64,000 nucleotides of DNA, from NCBI RefSeq assembly GCF_963921235.1, contig NC_086108.1, positions 66,404,001 through 66,468,000 of the forward strand. Reading direction: 5' to 3'. The stretch comes from Mobula hypostoma (lineage: Eukaryota). Positions within the stretch are counted from its first letter, which is position 1, and every line of letters begins with the position of its first letter. This document shows positions 11,353 through 24,479 of the stretch, in pieces. Below the pieces are notes generated by a model. That model worked only from the letters and a program-made list of their open reading frames with translations, did not search any database and was not told the DNA's origin. A program made the position numbers and the translations under genes.

Positions 11353-13266
11353 CAATACTTTGTCAAGGTATTCAGCTCCCACAACTATTTTCACATTTTA
11401 CTGAGTCACTTTCTAAATTTAAAATATATTGAAGTTAGATTTTTTGAGCTAATCTCCAAAATATTGTGCATTATGTCAAGAAAAGAAAAGTTCCCAAACC
11501 TGTCAACAATTTACTAAAAATTAAAAACCAAAATTGTGAGGCTGAGAAGTATTCATCCCCTTTTATAATTACTATGCTAACTTTCCTCAGGTGCAAAACT
11601 GTATATAACCTTACCAACTCACCCCATTTGTTGATGTAGAAAATAGGAAGATCACCTGTTTTCATAGAATTCATAAGAATAAATACCCTCTCTCTCTGTA
11701 AGGTCCATTAGTATGCCAGACTTCCAACAGACCAAAATAAAGACAAAAGAGAATTCAAGACATCAGGGAAATAACAATAGAGAACCACACATCTAGGGAA
11801 GGGTACAAGACCATCTCAAAGGCAAGGAACTCAATGCAGTCCATTGTGAAGAAGTGGAAAAATATGAAACCACAGCCACACTTCCCAGGTCAGGCTGCCC
11901 CTCTAAACTTAGTTGCCCAGAGGAGAATCTCGCTGTGAAAGAGACCATTTGCTGTGAACAGTCACTCTGAGTGCGCTGCAGAAATCAGTGGCTGTAACTG
12001 GAGATGAATTTTATGGCTCCACAAACTCTAAGGTCTTGCACAAAAGGGGTATTTGTGGAAGAATGACAAGAAAGAAGCCCTGGCCAAAAGAAAAGCATAT
12101 CCTTTGCAAAGGATCGCTTAGAAGTTACTGTAAAGATGTACAAAAAAGTCTTCTGTCAGATGAGACTAAAGTGGAACTTTTTGGTCTCAACACTAAGCAG
12201 TACATGTGGTGTGAATCTAATGCTGCACATCAGCTAGGTAACACCATCCCTACTGTAAAGTATGGTGGAGGTAGCATTATGCTGTGGGGATGCATTTCAG
12301 CAGAAGGGATTGGAAGTCTGGTCAGGACTGACGGACAGATGAATGCTTCACAACCATCCATGAAAACGGAGGAGTGCCCCAAAGAATGAATTTTAAATGT
12401 TAGAACCCCAAAGTCCCCCTCAGCTTCCCTCCCTGCTGTGCATAAGTGACAGCAAGCAACAATCCCCTCTCCCCCCATCGGCAAAAAAAAAGCATTGGCA
12501 CCCACTACCGAGCACTCAAGCATGAGCAAAACAACAGCAAAGACACAGACTTGCAGTTACCCCAAAGACTTCGCGTTTCACCCAGTATTCGACATACCAA
12601 AGGCTCTCTCTCTCCCTAATAAGGGAGAAATGGTTGATTCCATTTTCACAGCGAGCCAGGAGACGTAACAAACAACTCGCTGATTTACAATGTTAAAAGT
12701 CCATTATGTTGCTTTTTTTGAATTCTGTGCCCAAAGATCTGGGCACACAGCCGTAGATGTTCTGACTCCCCCGATGACACAGGGGTCTCCTGCCGCAACA
12801 CTGACCTTCCATCCACCCGTCTCCAGAGCCCCGAGATCCCAAGCCTCCAAAGCCAAGCCAGACTCTTAGGCCGAGCCCTTGGCATGCTGAAAAACGGCCA
12901 GTTATGAAACCCCGAGACCGGGTCCTATTCCTGCAAAGAACCGCAGTCAGCGTGTGCCTCCAGGTCAGGGTCTTCAAAAGAACCCTGAAAGGGAAAAATA
13001 AAGATATTAAAGATGGAAATAGAGCTGTTTTCAAAAATGCAAGCAAAGGCATTGCTGCTGAGCGCCATCATCACTCAGCTCCGCCTCCAGAAGTTTTTCA
13101 TGCTTTACAATTTTCCCCGTCTTTTTAGGGGGCTCGACTGCGAAAAAAGAAGCATGTGGTTCACAAATAAAAATTTTGAGCTAATTTGATCAAAATTCCT
13201 AGGTAATACTCATTTCTGTGAACCAAGGGTTGGGGGAGGGGTGCTGAATACTTTTACAAGGCACTG
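11353..13266 (+). mobile_element. Tc1-family DNA transposon (IR/DR type), internally deleted and interrupted
   Basis: TA at 11351-52 and 13267-68. TIRs caatactttgtcaaggtattcagctccc and the reverse complement of cagtgccttgtaaaagtattcagcaccc; inner DR aagtattcatcccc at ~11547. Transposase motifs EGYKTISK, SDETKVELFG, PTVKYGGGSIMLWGC. Confidence 0.9.
12346..13090 (-). mobile_element. Unclassified GC-richer non-coding insertion inside the Tc1 element
   Basis: Transposase homology stops abruptly after ..DGQMNA. The minus-strand 5' end ggaggcggagctgagtgatgatggcg resembles the start of 15090-15737. Confidence 0.5.
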
Positions 13267-14349
13267 TATGTGTATAACCTGACATAAATTAATTTTTTTT
13301 GGTCAAAATGAGTTCATAAATAAACAATTATGTGACAGTGAAGGCCAGCTGCAGACTCATATTTTCACATAGTTTATGACTTTATATTCAGACATATCCT
13401 TCTTTCATTATGCATAAACCAGAGGATCAGCCCTAATTGAGTGAGTAGTGCAGAAGAAAATCCCAAGAAGTGTATAAAACGAACCTGAAGAGAGGTACCA
13501 TCCTCCTGAAGCTCCAACACTAAGCTATATCTAAGGAAGTAGCTGTAATAGACTGAACAAAGCAGCTTCACAACAAACAGATGTGATCAAACATTTGCAG
13601 TCCTACCACATCCTGTCAAGAAAGGTGAGCAGTGAAAGAGCACACAGAGGAGAAGACTGAATATGCACCTTCATTATGAGTGACACTGAGCCTAACATAT
13701 GAATGCAAGCTGTTTGCAATCATCTTCCACCAGCGTGTCAAGTGAATTACGTATCTCAGCCGTCTCCAGAAGTTTCTGTAAGTTCCGGATCTAGTCTTCA
13801 GCCGATGCCATGTAACAATTGAACTCAGCAAATCAGCAAAGTCTTTGGATCCAGCCAGCATCTCAGCTGTAATGCAAGTGCATTTTAAGTGTCTCATATG
13901 CATCTGTAAAAGACGTCAGCAAAAGTGGGCAAATTTCAATTCTTGACATGCCACTTCTGGCCTGGAATTCTTTTCTTTAAATTTCTTTAGACAGTGTTCT
14001 TACTCCGTTTTGTTAAATTAGTTTTGGAGAATCTGGATTGCAGCATGGAGATACTGAAGTTACTTTGAGGCCTGTTTGCTATTTGAATTTTTGACATCTA
14101 GAGCTTTCCAGATCTCATCTTCTCATCCAGAATCACTTCATGAACTAATCATTTCTAAACACTAAGAGTACATCATTTATTGATGATATAAACAAATCCT
14201 CAGGATTAAACTAACTCTGAATATGATCTTTTTCTTTATGTGGTCAAAAGGTGGCTCTAGTGTGTGTTTATGCAGCTAATATAGATAGTCCTGAATTTTT
14301 TAAGGAAGTATTTTCTGTGCTGCCAAATTTAAATGAACACAAGTTGATT

Positions 14350-14898
14350 ATAGAAACATAGAAACATAGAAAATAGGTGCAGGAGTAGGTCATTCGGCCC
14401 TTCGAGCCTGCACCGCCATTTAATTATGATCATGGCTGATCATCCAACTCAGAACCCCGCCCCAGCCTTCCCTCCATACCCCCTGACCCCTGTAGCCACA
14501 AGGGCCATAGCTAACTCCCTCTTAAACATAGCCAATGAACTGGCCTCAACAGTTTCCTGTGGCAGAGAATTCCACAGATTCACCACTCTCTGTGTGAAGA
14601 AGTTTTTCCTAATCTCGGTCCTAAAAGGCTTCCCCTCTATCCTCAAACTGTGACCCCTCGTTCTGGACTTCCCCAACATCGGGAACAATCTTCCTGCATC
14701 TAGCCTGTCCAATCCCTTTAGGATCTTATACGTTTCAATCAGATCCCCCCTCAATCTTCTAAATTCCAACGAGTACAAGCCTAGTTCATCCAGTCTTTCT
14801 TCATATGAAAGTCCTGCCATCCCAGGAATCAATCTGGTGAACCTTCTTTGTACTCCCTCTATGGCAAAGATGTCTTTCCTCAGATTAGGGGACCAAAA
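14350..14898 (-). mobile_element. Young CR1 3' fragment inserted in the L1 endonuclease
   Basis: Open frame FWSPNLRKDIFAIEGVQRRFTRLIPGM..WNSLPQ..GYGGKAG; (tagaaaca)n tail at 14350. Confidence 0.92.
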
Positions 14899-14920
14899 TC
14901 TGAGTGGTGACTTCAATTGC

Positions 14921-14960
14921 TGTTTAAATCCTTCGATTGATGTTTAAATCCTTCGATTGA
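14921..14960. repeat. Perfect 20-bp tandem duplication
   Basis: tgtttaaatccttcgattga twice. Confidence 0.95.
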
Positions 14961-15089
14961 TAGGCCATCAACCAATCAGTTGCTTCCTAATAATGCTGCA
15001 ACTTGTATCAACTCTTTTTTATTGGAATACGGTTTCGTTGAGAGCTGGAGAGTTATACATCCTAAAGATAGGGATTTTTCTTTCTTTTC

Positions 15090-15737
15090 ATATGATATAT
15101 GATTATGAGGACACGCAGTCCCCTTTTATCGTCATTTAGTAATGCATGCATTAAGAAATGATAAAATGTTTTTCCAGAATGATATCATGAAAAACGCATG
15201 ACAAACTGACTTAAAAACTAACAAAAACCACATAATTATAACATATAGTTACAACAGTGCAAAGCAATACCGTAATTTGATAAGAACAGACCATGGCACA
15301 GTAAAAGTCTCAAAGTCTCCCAAAAGTCCCATTATCTCACGCAGACGGTAAACCTCCAGCGCCGTCAACTTGCTGGTACAGCATCCCGGAAGCATCCGAC
15401 TACAGTCCGACTCCGAGTCCGTCCGAAAAACTCCGAGCCTCCAACCACCTATTCGACACCGAGCACCAAGCACCATCTCTGCCGAGTGCTTTGTCCCCAG
15501 CCCCGGCAACAGGTCATATGCAAAGCCAAGGATTTGAGGCCTTTGTCTCCGGAGATTCTTGATCACACAGTAGCAGCGGCAGCAAAGCAGGCATTTCAGA
15601 AGTTACTCCAGATGTTCCTCTGTGCTTCTCACGGCTGTCTCCATCAAATCCGGATTGTGCACGGCCCCTAGTTACACATACCATATCATTCGGAATGGCC
15701 GTGCGCGCTGAGTCGCACCGCCATCTTCTCCTCCCTG
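15090..15737 (-). mobile_element. CpG-rich non-autonomous retroelement inserted in the L1
   Basis: Splits the L1 peptide ..DFSFFS | VYHKYSRIDY. The minus strand begins ggaggagaagatggcg and ends aataaa-like..catatatcatat. Confidence 0.7.
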
Positions 15738-15821
15738 AGTATATCATAAATACTCAAGAATCGATTATTTTTTGCTGGACACGCAATTGGTGCCTTTTGT
15801 TGCCGATTGCATGTATGATGT

Positions 15822-15908
15822 CATAGAAACATAGAAACATAGAAAATAGGTGCAGGAGTAGGCTATTCGGCCCTTCAAGCCTGCACCGCCATTCAGTATG
15901 ATCATCAT
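15822..15908 (-). mobile_element. CR1 3'-UTR stub inserted in the L1
   Basis: Near-identical to 14350-14432; lies between the L1 peptides ..CMYDVI and LSDHTP. Confidence 0.85.
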
Positions 15909-16129
15909 GTTGTCGGACCACACACCTATGATTTCCTGATAACATTTTAAAATCTTCTCACTGGAGATTTAATACTCATTATTACAGGACTTAGCTTTTG
16001 TAAGTTTTACTAAAGAACAAATTTCTTTATTTTTTGAATTAAATACAACTGAGGGAATGTCAAATTTGGTTATTTGGGATACGATGAAATCTTTTCTCTG
16101 AGGACAGATAATTTCACGTTCAGTAGGTT

Positions 16130-18913
16130 TTGAGAAGGAAAACCAAAGCAGAACTTTTAGTGATCACTAACAGGATTAAAGAAATAGATGAAGTTTATTC
16201 AGTGACACCTAATGAAGGTCTTTATAAGGAAAGGGTGGAACTTCAAACAAGGCATGACTTGCTTTTGAGCTATCCCATTGAGCAGCAACTTCTCAGATCT
16301 AAAAGTCAATTTTACATACATGGGGATAAGTCAGGCAAATTGTTGGCTGGTCAATTAAAAGCAGATACGGCTAGAAGTCAGATTTTGAAAATACGAAGAG
16401 CTAATAGAACTGAAACGTCAGATGGTCAGCAAATTAATAAGGTATTACTGGATTTCTACTCTAACCTTTATAAATCTGACTTTTCAGACAATACTACTGC
16501 TATGAATAGATTTTTGCAAAAGCTGAATATACCTAAATTTTCTACACAAGATAATGAATACATTGGATGCGCCTATTAAACAAAAGGAAATAAGAAGGGC
16601 TATATTCTCTCTTCAGTCAGGTAAGGCTCCGGGACCAGATGGATATACAGTGGAATTTTTTTAAGACTTTTACTGAGATACTTACACCTCATTTATGTCA
16701 AGTTTTCACTGATTCTATATCCTCTGGGACTCTCCCAGAAACTTTTTGTGAGGCATTAATTTCATTAATTCCTAAAAAAGAAAAAGACTTATCTGAATGT
16801 GCCTCTTATAGACCAATTTCTTTACTAAATGTGGATTCGAAAATTCTTTCCAAAACTTTGGCTAATAGGATCGAGAATATTTTACCTGAAGTTATCTCTA
16901 ACGATCAAACTGGATTTATTAAGAATAGAGATTCACACTTTAATATTCAGAGACTATTGAACATTATTTATTCCTCTCCATCCAAAAAACCTGAATGTGT
17001 TGTTTTCCTTGACGCAGGGAAAGCCTTAAATAGGGTGGAGTGGTGTTATTTATTTGAAATTTTAGAAAGATTTAATTTTGGTCCGGGTTTCATTTCCTGG
17101 ATCAAATTGATTTATCAAGCTCCTATGGCTGCGGTTATAACTAACAATCAAAAATCTCCCCATTTTAGACTATCCAGAGGTACCCGGCAGGGCTGTCCTC
17201 TTAGTCCTTTGTTACATAACTTGGCTCTAGAACCTCTTGCTCTTTGGAATTCTAATAGCATTCAGGGTATTAAGAGAGGTGATAAAATGCATAAGGTTTC
17301 ATTGTATGCAGATGACTTGTTAGTCTACATTTCAGGTCCTAAGAAATCTATTCCTTATAAATTAAATTTATACAAAAGTGAGTTATTTCCCATTAATAAT
17401 CATTTGGATCAGTATGAGCAATTACCTTTTAGTATTGCTAAAAATCAATTTACTTATCTTGGTATTAAAGTTGCTAAGAATTTTAAAGATCTGTGTAAAT
17501 ATAATTTTCTCCCATTAATTGACTATACCCAACAAATACTTTCTAAATGGTCTCCTATGACGCTATCATTAATTGGTGGAATTAATGCTATTGAAATGAT
17601 AGATCTACCGAAATTCTTATATATATTTCAAGCAGTTCCTTCATTTGTTCCTAAATGGTTTTTTGACAGAATAGACTCTAAAATTTTATCTTATATTTGG
17701 AACAATAAAAATCCTAGATTGAGTAAACCTTTATTGCAGAATTTAAAAAAGGACGGTGGTATGGCTTTACCAAGTCCTAGACTGTACTACTGGGCAATTA
17801 ATTACCTGCTGGATTCATTACTCAGACATATATGACTGTCCTTTATGGGTGGATTTGGAGAAAAGCTCGGTGAAGGAGTATTCCTTGGCCTCTTTACTGG
17901 GAGCTCCTCTTCCTTTTCTACTCTCTAAGATTAGTAGACAAGACCTTAATCCTATTATTAAACATACATTAAGAATTTGGTTTCAGTTTCGTAGATTTTT
18001 TGAATTAAATAATTTTGTCCTTTCTAGTAAAATATATTGTAACTATGTTTTTAAACCATCAATTTTAGATCAGGCTTTTTTAATTTGGAAAACCAAAGGA
18101 GTAATTGTTTATAGGGGATTGTTTAATGTCTTTTACTCAGCTAGAGGATAAATTTGATTTGTCCAACGTACACTTTATTAGATGCTTACAAGTTAGGAAT
18201 TTTTTATGTACTTTGCTTCCAAATTATCCCTCTGCTTATCCATCTCATATAATAGATACCCTCTTCCAGGTTAAACCACTCCAAAAAGGATTAATAGCTA
18301 CAATTTATGAATGGTTATTGAATTTACGAATGATACCTAATGATAAAATTAAAGCTGCCTGGGAATTGGAATTTCAAGAGTTACTTTCAGATAATCAATG
18401 GAGTAAAATTTTTCATCTGGTTGATACTTCATCTACTTGTGCCTGTCATTCCTTGATACAGCTCAGGATAGTGCATCAGGCACATATGTCAAAGATAATT
18501 TAGCCTGCATTTTTCCTAATATTAATCCTATTTGTGATAATTGTAATACTCAGGTAGCCACTTTAACTCACATGTTTTGGTCTTGCATAAAGTTGGAGAA
18601 TTTTTGGAAAGATGTTTTTAAAACCTTATCAAAAGTGCTTGATCTGGATTTACAGCTTATTTTTGAGATTATTCCATTGGAAGCAGGATATACTCCTGCT
18701 TCCGCTCAGTGGATGATAGCCTTTTCAACCTTATTGGCTAGGAAAGCCATATCACTTAAATGGAAGGACCCTAACCCTCCTACTGCCTTTTATTGGCTTT
18801 CCTCTATCATGTCCTGTTTGAGTCTAGAGAAAATAAGAAGTCGGACATTGGATACATCCTTTAAATTTGAAGAAATCTGGCAACCTTTTATTCAATATTC
18901 TCATATGATCTGA
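16130..18913 (+). pseudogene. L1 ORF2 (linker, RT, CCHC), broken into several frames
   Basis: Consecutive ORFs 16130-16579, 16639-17835, 17756-18151, 18105-18503 and 18437-18913 carry L1 motifs (GDKSGKLLA, YADD, KKDGGMALP). Confidence 0.92.
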
Positions 18914-20104
18914 TTTTTGTACTGATTCTCTTCCAGCTGTTCTTTCAGAACCTTGGATTTGATCAAAGAGTCTTACTTCTCTTGGTTTTTCTCTCGGGAT
19001 GGACTGCCCAGTTGTTTTTTTTCTGTTTAGAATAGTGTTTTTTACTTTTTTTATATAAAAATTTCTAATAGTCCTCCCTTTCTTCATAAATTGATAAGAG
19101 GAGAATGAACTACATTCTTTTTTTCCTGCATTATACATTCTATATCAAATTTATACTTTGTAGATCAACACTATGTGTGATTCTGATATTGTTTATTTTA
19201 CCTTCTGTATGTACTGTTATTGACATATATACCAGAGATATTCTCCTCCTGATGTATACACACTTTTTTAAAACAATAAAAAGATTGAAAAAAGAAAGAT
19301 CTTTTTCTAGATGTCCTCGACATCTACAAACATACTTCATTAGACTTTAACTCAAATGTTTATTCAAGTCTATAGAATACAAATGAACTTCACAAATGAA
19401 TACAGATGTTTTACAATATGTATTGCTAAATATGAAATGAGATACATGTGTTTACTATACAGTATATTATATACATATGGAAAATTAATCTTCTAGATCA
19501 ATAGGAGGTCGTTTATGTGGCCTCTTCATTTTCCAGATAGTAGATGATATTTACCCTCTTCTTTGATGCCATGGACTTCCTGTATAACTGACTGACTAGG
19601 GAACAATTCTGCTCTTTGACCGTTGCCACATGTTGGATGCATTCTTGCAAAAATTAGTTTTCTTTATTACTTAGAACTGTATTCAGCATTCTTAGTTAAT
19701 TCATCCCAGGTACTTAGCTATGTGTTCTCACCATGTTTTCCTTGAAGTACATTTTGTTATGCTTTGGGTGCACTTAGTGGTTCTAGCTCAAATTGCACTC
19801 AAAATTGGACCTAGTTTGAAAAAGATTCAAACCTGACCCCATACCAGGCTTCTGCCCAAATGTATTTCTACATTACTGGATGCATGACCAGCACAATTGG
19901 ACAATATATTTCAAACTCTGACCAAGAAATTCATCTGTGTTCTTCGTTTGCCATGAAGTTGACAACCTTCCTAAAGCTGTTTAAAAAAATTCAACAAGAT
20001 CACAAAATTGATATCACAGGGTCTAAAAAGTTCCCTCATGTAAAACCATGCTGAACTTGTATGTGCTTTTCAAATACAATAGAAAATCTTCAGTTTACAA
20101 CTAT

Positions 20105-20690
20105 ATATAGCAACTCAATGCATAAAAGCATGCAGACATAGTCAAGGGTGTTAGTTGTTGTTCAGACAAAACAACAGATGGAGAAGAAATGTGCTTTATG
20201 TGACTTCAGTTGTAAGATGATTGTTCATGCCAGACGGGTTAGTTTGAGTATCTAAGGAACTGGTGATATCTTGTGGTTTTCATGCACAACAGTCTCTCGA
20301 GCTGACAGAGAATGGTGTAAAAAACAAGAAACATCCAAATGGCATCTTCTTATTTTTTCTCCAGTCCTGCTGAAGGGTCTCGGCCTGAAATATCAACTGT
20401 ACTTTTGCCATTCATGCCGCTGGCCTGCTGAGTTCCTCCAGCATTTTATGTGTGCCAATTGACAGTAGTTCTGTGGGCGAAAATGTATTGTTAATGAGGG
20501 ACGTCAGAGGACAATGGCTAGACTGGTTCAAGTTGATAGGAAGGTGACAGTTACACAAATAACAGCAGTGGTGTGGAGAAGAGCATCTCTGCATGCACAA
20601 CACATTAAACATTGAAGTGGAAGCGCTGCAGAGGCAGACCACAAACATACACTCAGTGGCTACTTTGTTAAGTACAAGAGGTGCTAAGTC
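20105..20690 (+). mobile_element. Non-autonomous Tc1-like element interrupted by a PLE/hammerhead fragment (~20345-20455)
   Basis: FSCTTVSR..EWCKKQETS HTH-like remnant and TIR-like cactcagtggctacttt; inverted copy of 62378-62910. Confidence 0.75.
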
Positions 20691-23539
20691 TGTTATGGTC
20701 ACCCTCACTTTCATTCTCTAGTCCCATCGGTAATTAATTTAATCTGGAAGAATGATCATTTTTGTGGATGAAGCCTATATCTAGCAATATCTTTGAAAGC
20801 TAGCACAAAAATTAATGGAAATCCTGGTTGTGACGAATGTAGTCAATATTGAAGCTGCTGCTTGAAAATATTGTGTTCTTACATAATTCATTATATCATT
20901 ATCATAATACTGCTCTGTCATAAGCAGTATTTTATATCATGCCGATGTTGAATGAATTATGTAAGCAACTCAATACTGTTAGGGAGCAGCATCAATATTG
21001 TCTTAATTCTCCGAACCGAATTTTGTCCTCTTTTTAAAATTATTCCTTAAAGTAGATTAATGCCTAAAAGAAACAAAGGGCAGTTGAGGGGCATATGATG
21101 GAGAGAATGAGAGCAATGGGGCTAGTGGGATTCTGATGCAAAACATGCTGTCATTGGCAAATATTAGACTGCAAAGTTCTGTCAATGAAGTGTTAAGAAG
21201 GGTACCAACCTCAAGATGAGCCATTGCATGCATATACACTCTGAAAAAAATACTTGCCTAATAATGACTACGGTAGAAAATAATGTGATGAACCACTGTG
21301 ACATTCACAAATGGAGCCTAGATTAAAGCTGACATTAATATGCCAAAAGATTCAATGAGATAGAAATTCACACTTCTGCTGAAGAATGTGATTGGTTTAA
21401 AAATATTCATTCACCTGCATCATTGTGATTTCCTGCATGATAATCCATTCAGTTTTACTTTTTATATAGGAAATGAACAATGGGTTCTGTGGTGTGGACT
21501 GTCGGGAGGCTTCAATCAACAGAGTTCCCTTTACATAGCCCTTTATTAGGAACTGGTGAATGATAAGTTGATGCAAGCCTGATGAGAATATGTACAAGAC
21601 TGATGGCTGAAAATAGTTTCCGACTGTTCTAAATAATGTTATCTTTCTTATTTATTGATCTTGCCTGAATTTTCCTTTCAATATTCTTGCAGCAATTTCT
21701 CATTAATATGAAAGGACCAATTATCAAGTGTGTTAAAGGACAAAGAAAAAACCTGGTCTTTCGGGCTATTTATGATTTATACTAGTAGATCTTGCATGGC
21801 ACCGCTCATGAATTTGAAATTGAGATCATTATCTCTAGTTGAACGTTGAGGAAGCTGTACAACCTGAATGGGAAAAAAGTACAAAGAAAGAAGGTGATCA
21901 TGGATTCAGCTGGCCTCTGAAAATGTTTTCACCCAATGCATTATAAAATTATTAAGCACTAATTAATATGCCACTTATTTTACAGTTGATTATCCGTAAC
22001 ATTTCAATAAAACAGATCTCTCCATACTTCCTTTGGCTCACCCACACACTCAGACATGTGCACACACACATGCACAGACAGAGAGTTCGGGCATGACATT
22101 TATTTTTTTATCATGCAGTATAGCCATACTTCTGAGTTTTAAGTAGACTACTAGCGCCTGATATTGATAAAGTGAGTAACTGGTCTGGAGACTCTGTCAT
22201 GTAATACTATTTCTTTTCCTGTAGTATTTGATTGAAAATGGCTTTTACCGAGAATGAAATGTGATCATTTCTGCTCATTTTATGTCGCAATGCTAAATCT
22301 AAATGGGCATTTCCTGAAACAATCCACAGCTACTCACCACTCACGCATAAAATGATGCAATTCCACATTTATTGCACATTTGGAGCATCGTGCAGAATAT
22401 TAGATCATAAGAGACAGAGGTTGAACTTCTTTGGAAATGAGCTGTGGGAAGTAACAAAATAGGCAAAATATTGTATGGAATACATAGAGACTTCTGTTTC
22501 GTTGATTCCAAAAATATCTTTGGCAAGCAGAAAACTCAACTTTATAACTTGAAAGTTTAATTTCAGCAAATTTGCCCTTTGGTCTAATCAAACAGAAATT
22601 AAATTCCATTAGCAATTGGTATATTTAGTCTGCCCTTTCACAGTTATGAATGAGATGATGAAAATAGCTGAATATTTCAATGTTACTGCAAAGGAAGGCA
22701 GTTCAACTCAAGATAACAAGTACGAACATTCTGATGTTTTGTATCATTACAAAAAAAGAATCATGCTGTTCTTTTTCCTAAAATGATTTATTGACACTCC
22801 CTTACATTAATTATTTAACTGCTGACAGATTTTGGCAAAGGCTAAATTATACATTCCAAAAGTATGAAGCTATACTGGGCCGTTATAAGAATGTCATCAT
22901 TACAGTTAACTTCATGTCTATCCCTGTTAGTATTGTACAACAAATTAATGTATTATTAATCTAAGTAATTCTTGTTTTCACATAAGTTTCTAAGTGTCTC
23001 TTAACAATCAATAGCACTATATTTAAAATCATTGAATTAATTATGCAGAGTAATGATCAAAAGGTGTAAATAATAAATGTTTAGATTGTTGCAGACAAAA
23101 GCATATTTTACACAAGTGCTGTATTAGCAGCATAGAATAATGACATAAGGACTGAGGATAACATAATTTTTCAAATAGATGAGACCTTCCACCACGGTTC
23201 ACGGGAAATATACTGAATTACGCTGCCAAGGAATTCATTGCGTAATCTATGTTCACAAAAGGCTCCATATTGTACTTACCTTTAAAACTTGGTTCCATGG
23301 AACTGAAGGCTGGAAATAGGGCAGAATGTCAATTATAATATGCTCCGTGCTGTTGACTGGGGTTGAATTACTAGATTTTATCAACGAGTGTAGTGTAATT
23401 AGCAAGCTGCTAAGCAAACTTAGCCCAGTTGCCTGCAAGATTTTCCAATCAAACGAATGTAGATGGGATACTCCCTTCTAGTTGGGACCTCATGGAATAC
23501 ACTCAATTTTCTACCTATTCATTGCTTTATATTGTGAGC

Positions 23540-24420
23540 ATCACTCACAAAATCAGCATTTACCACACAATCCTATTGGCCCATGAACTACATTCTTGAT
23601 TCGTTCTTCTGGTAAATGTATTCCCATAATGATGCTGGATTGGATATTTCAGAATTTGGATTTTATGGTGATGAAGTTGTGGCCATATATTTCCAAGTCA
23701 GGATGGTATGTACCATGGAGGGTAGACTGCGGTGAGTGTGATCCTCTACACCTGTAACCTTTGTCTTCCATCTTGGCAAAGATCATAAGAAATGCTCTTA
23801 GAGTAGGCTAGGTATAACTGTGATGCATATTGCTGATGGGAAACATGAAGGTGAATTGGTTGTGCAAAGAATGAATGCTAGGTTGGATGATAAAGTAATA
23901 ATAAAGCAGGTCATTTTGTCTGAATAATGTTGAGCTTAGGCATTGTTAGATCGGTACACAATCAAACAATTAGAGAACATTTCATCTTGCACTTGTAACT
24001 TGCAGCTGGTGGACCAACCTTGGAAGGTAAGGGAATGAATCACGTAACATTGCATACCCATCATCTGATTCTGACATTCAACTATTTAGGTAGTTAGTTA
24101 AGTTGAATTTCTGCTAGCTGATGATAGGGGATCTGGTGTTGGGAAATCCATTAAATCCAAAGGTAGATGTTAAGTTCCTGCTTGGCATTTATGTGGTGAA
24201 TTTTTTACTTGCCACCTTATGATGGAAGTAAGGTCTCCTTTGAAGTAGCTGATAGGGCTTATGCCCATGGCCTTAAGGATCTCAGGCATAGATGTTCTGC
24301 TTTTGGGATGATTAACCTCCAACAACCAGAAGTCATCTTCCTTTGTGCAAGGTATGACTCAGCCATTGGATTATTTGCCCCTTGCTGGTCATTGATCTTA
24401 GTTTTGCCAAGGCTCCATAG
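23540..24420 (-). mobile_element. Very old CR1-like LINE remnant
   Basis: Weak resemblance to CR1-type 3' ends (cagcatttaccacacaatccta.., atatttccaagtcaggatggt); no clean ORF. Confidence 0.4.
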
Positions 24421-24479
24421 AACAGTAGAATTTAAGAAACAGAAACATGAACTCCTGCCTCAGCAAGGACCTGCACCTA

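Larger units (their letters stand above)
14236..19297 (+). mobile_element. L1-clade LINE, 5'-truncated in the endonuclease domain, 11-bp TSD, three nested insertions
   Basis: TSD gatctttttct at 14225-14235 and 19298-19308. APE motifs VYAAN, GDFN, SRIDY and SDH; RT motifs YRPISLLN, RGTRQGCPLSP and LYADD; CCHC knuckle CDNC..THMFWSC; AATAAA plus an A-rich tail at ~19275-19297. Confidence 0.93.

Noticed and set aside
19312..19630. Second possible solo LTR (TGT...ACA with reverse AATAAA)
   Set aside because: Terminal inverted match is only 3 bp and there is no TSD.
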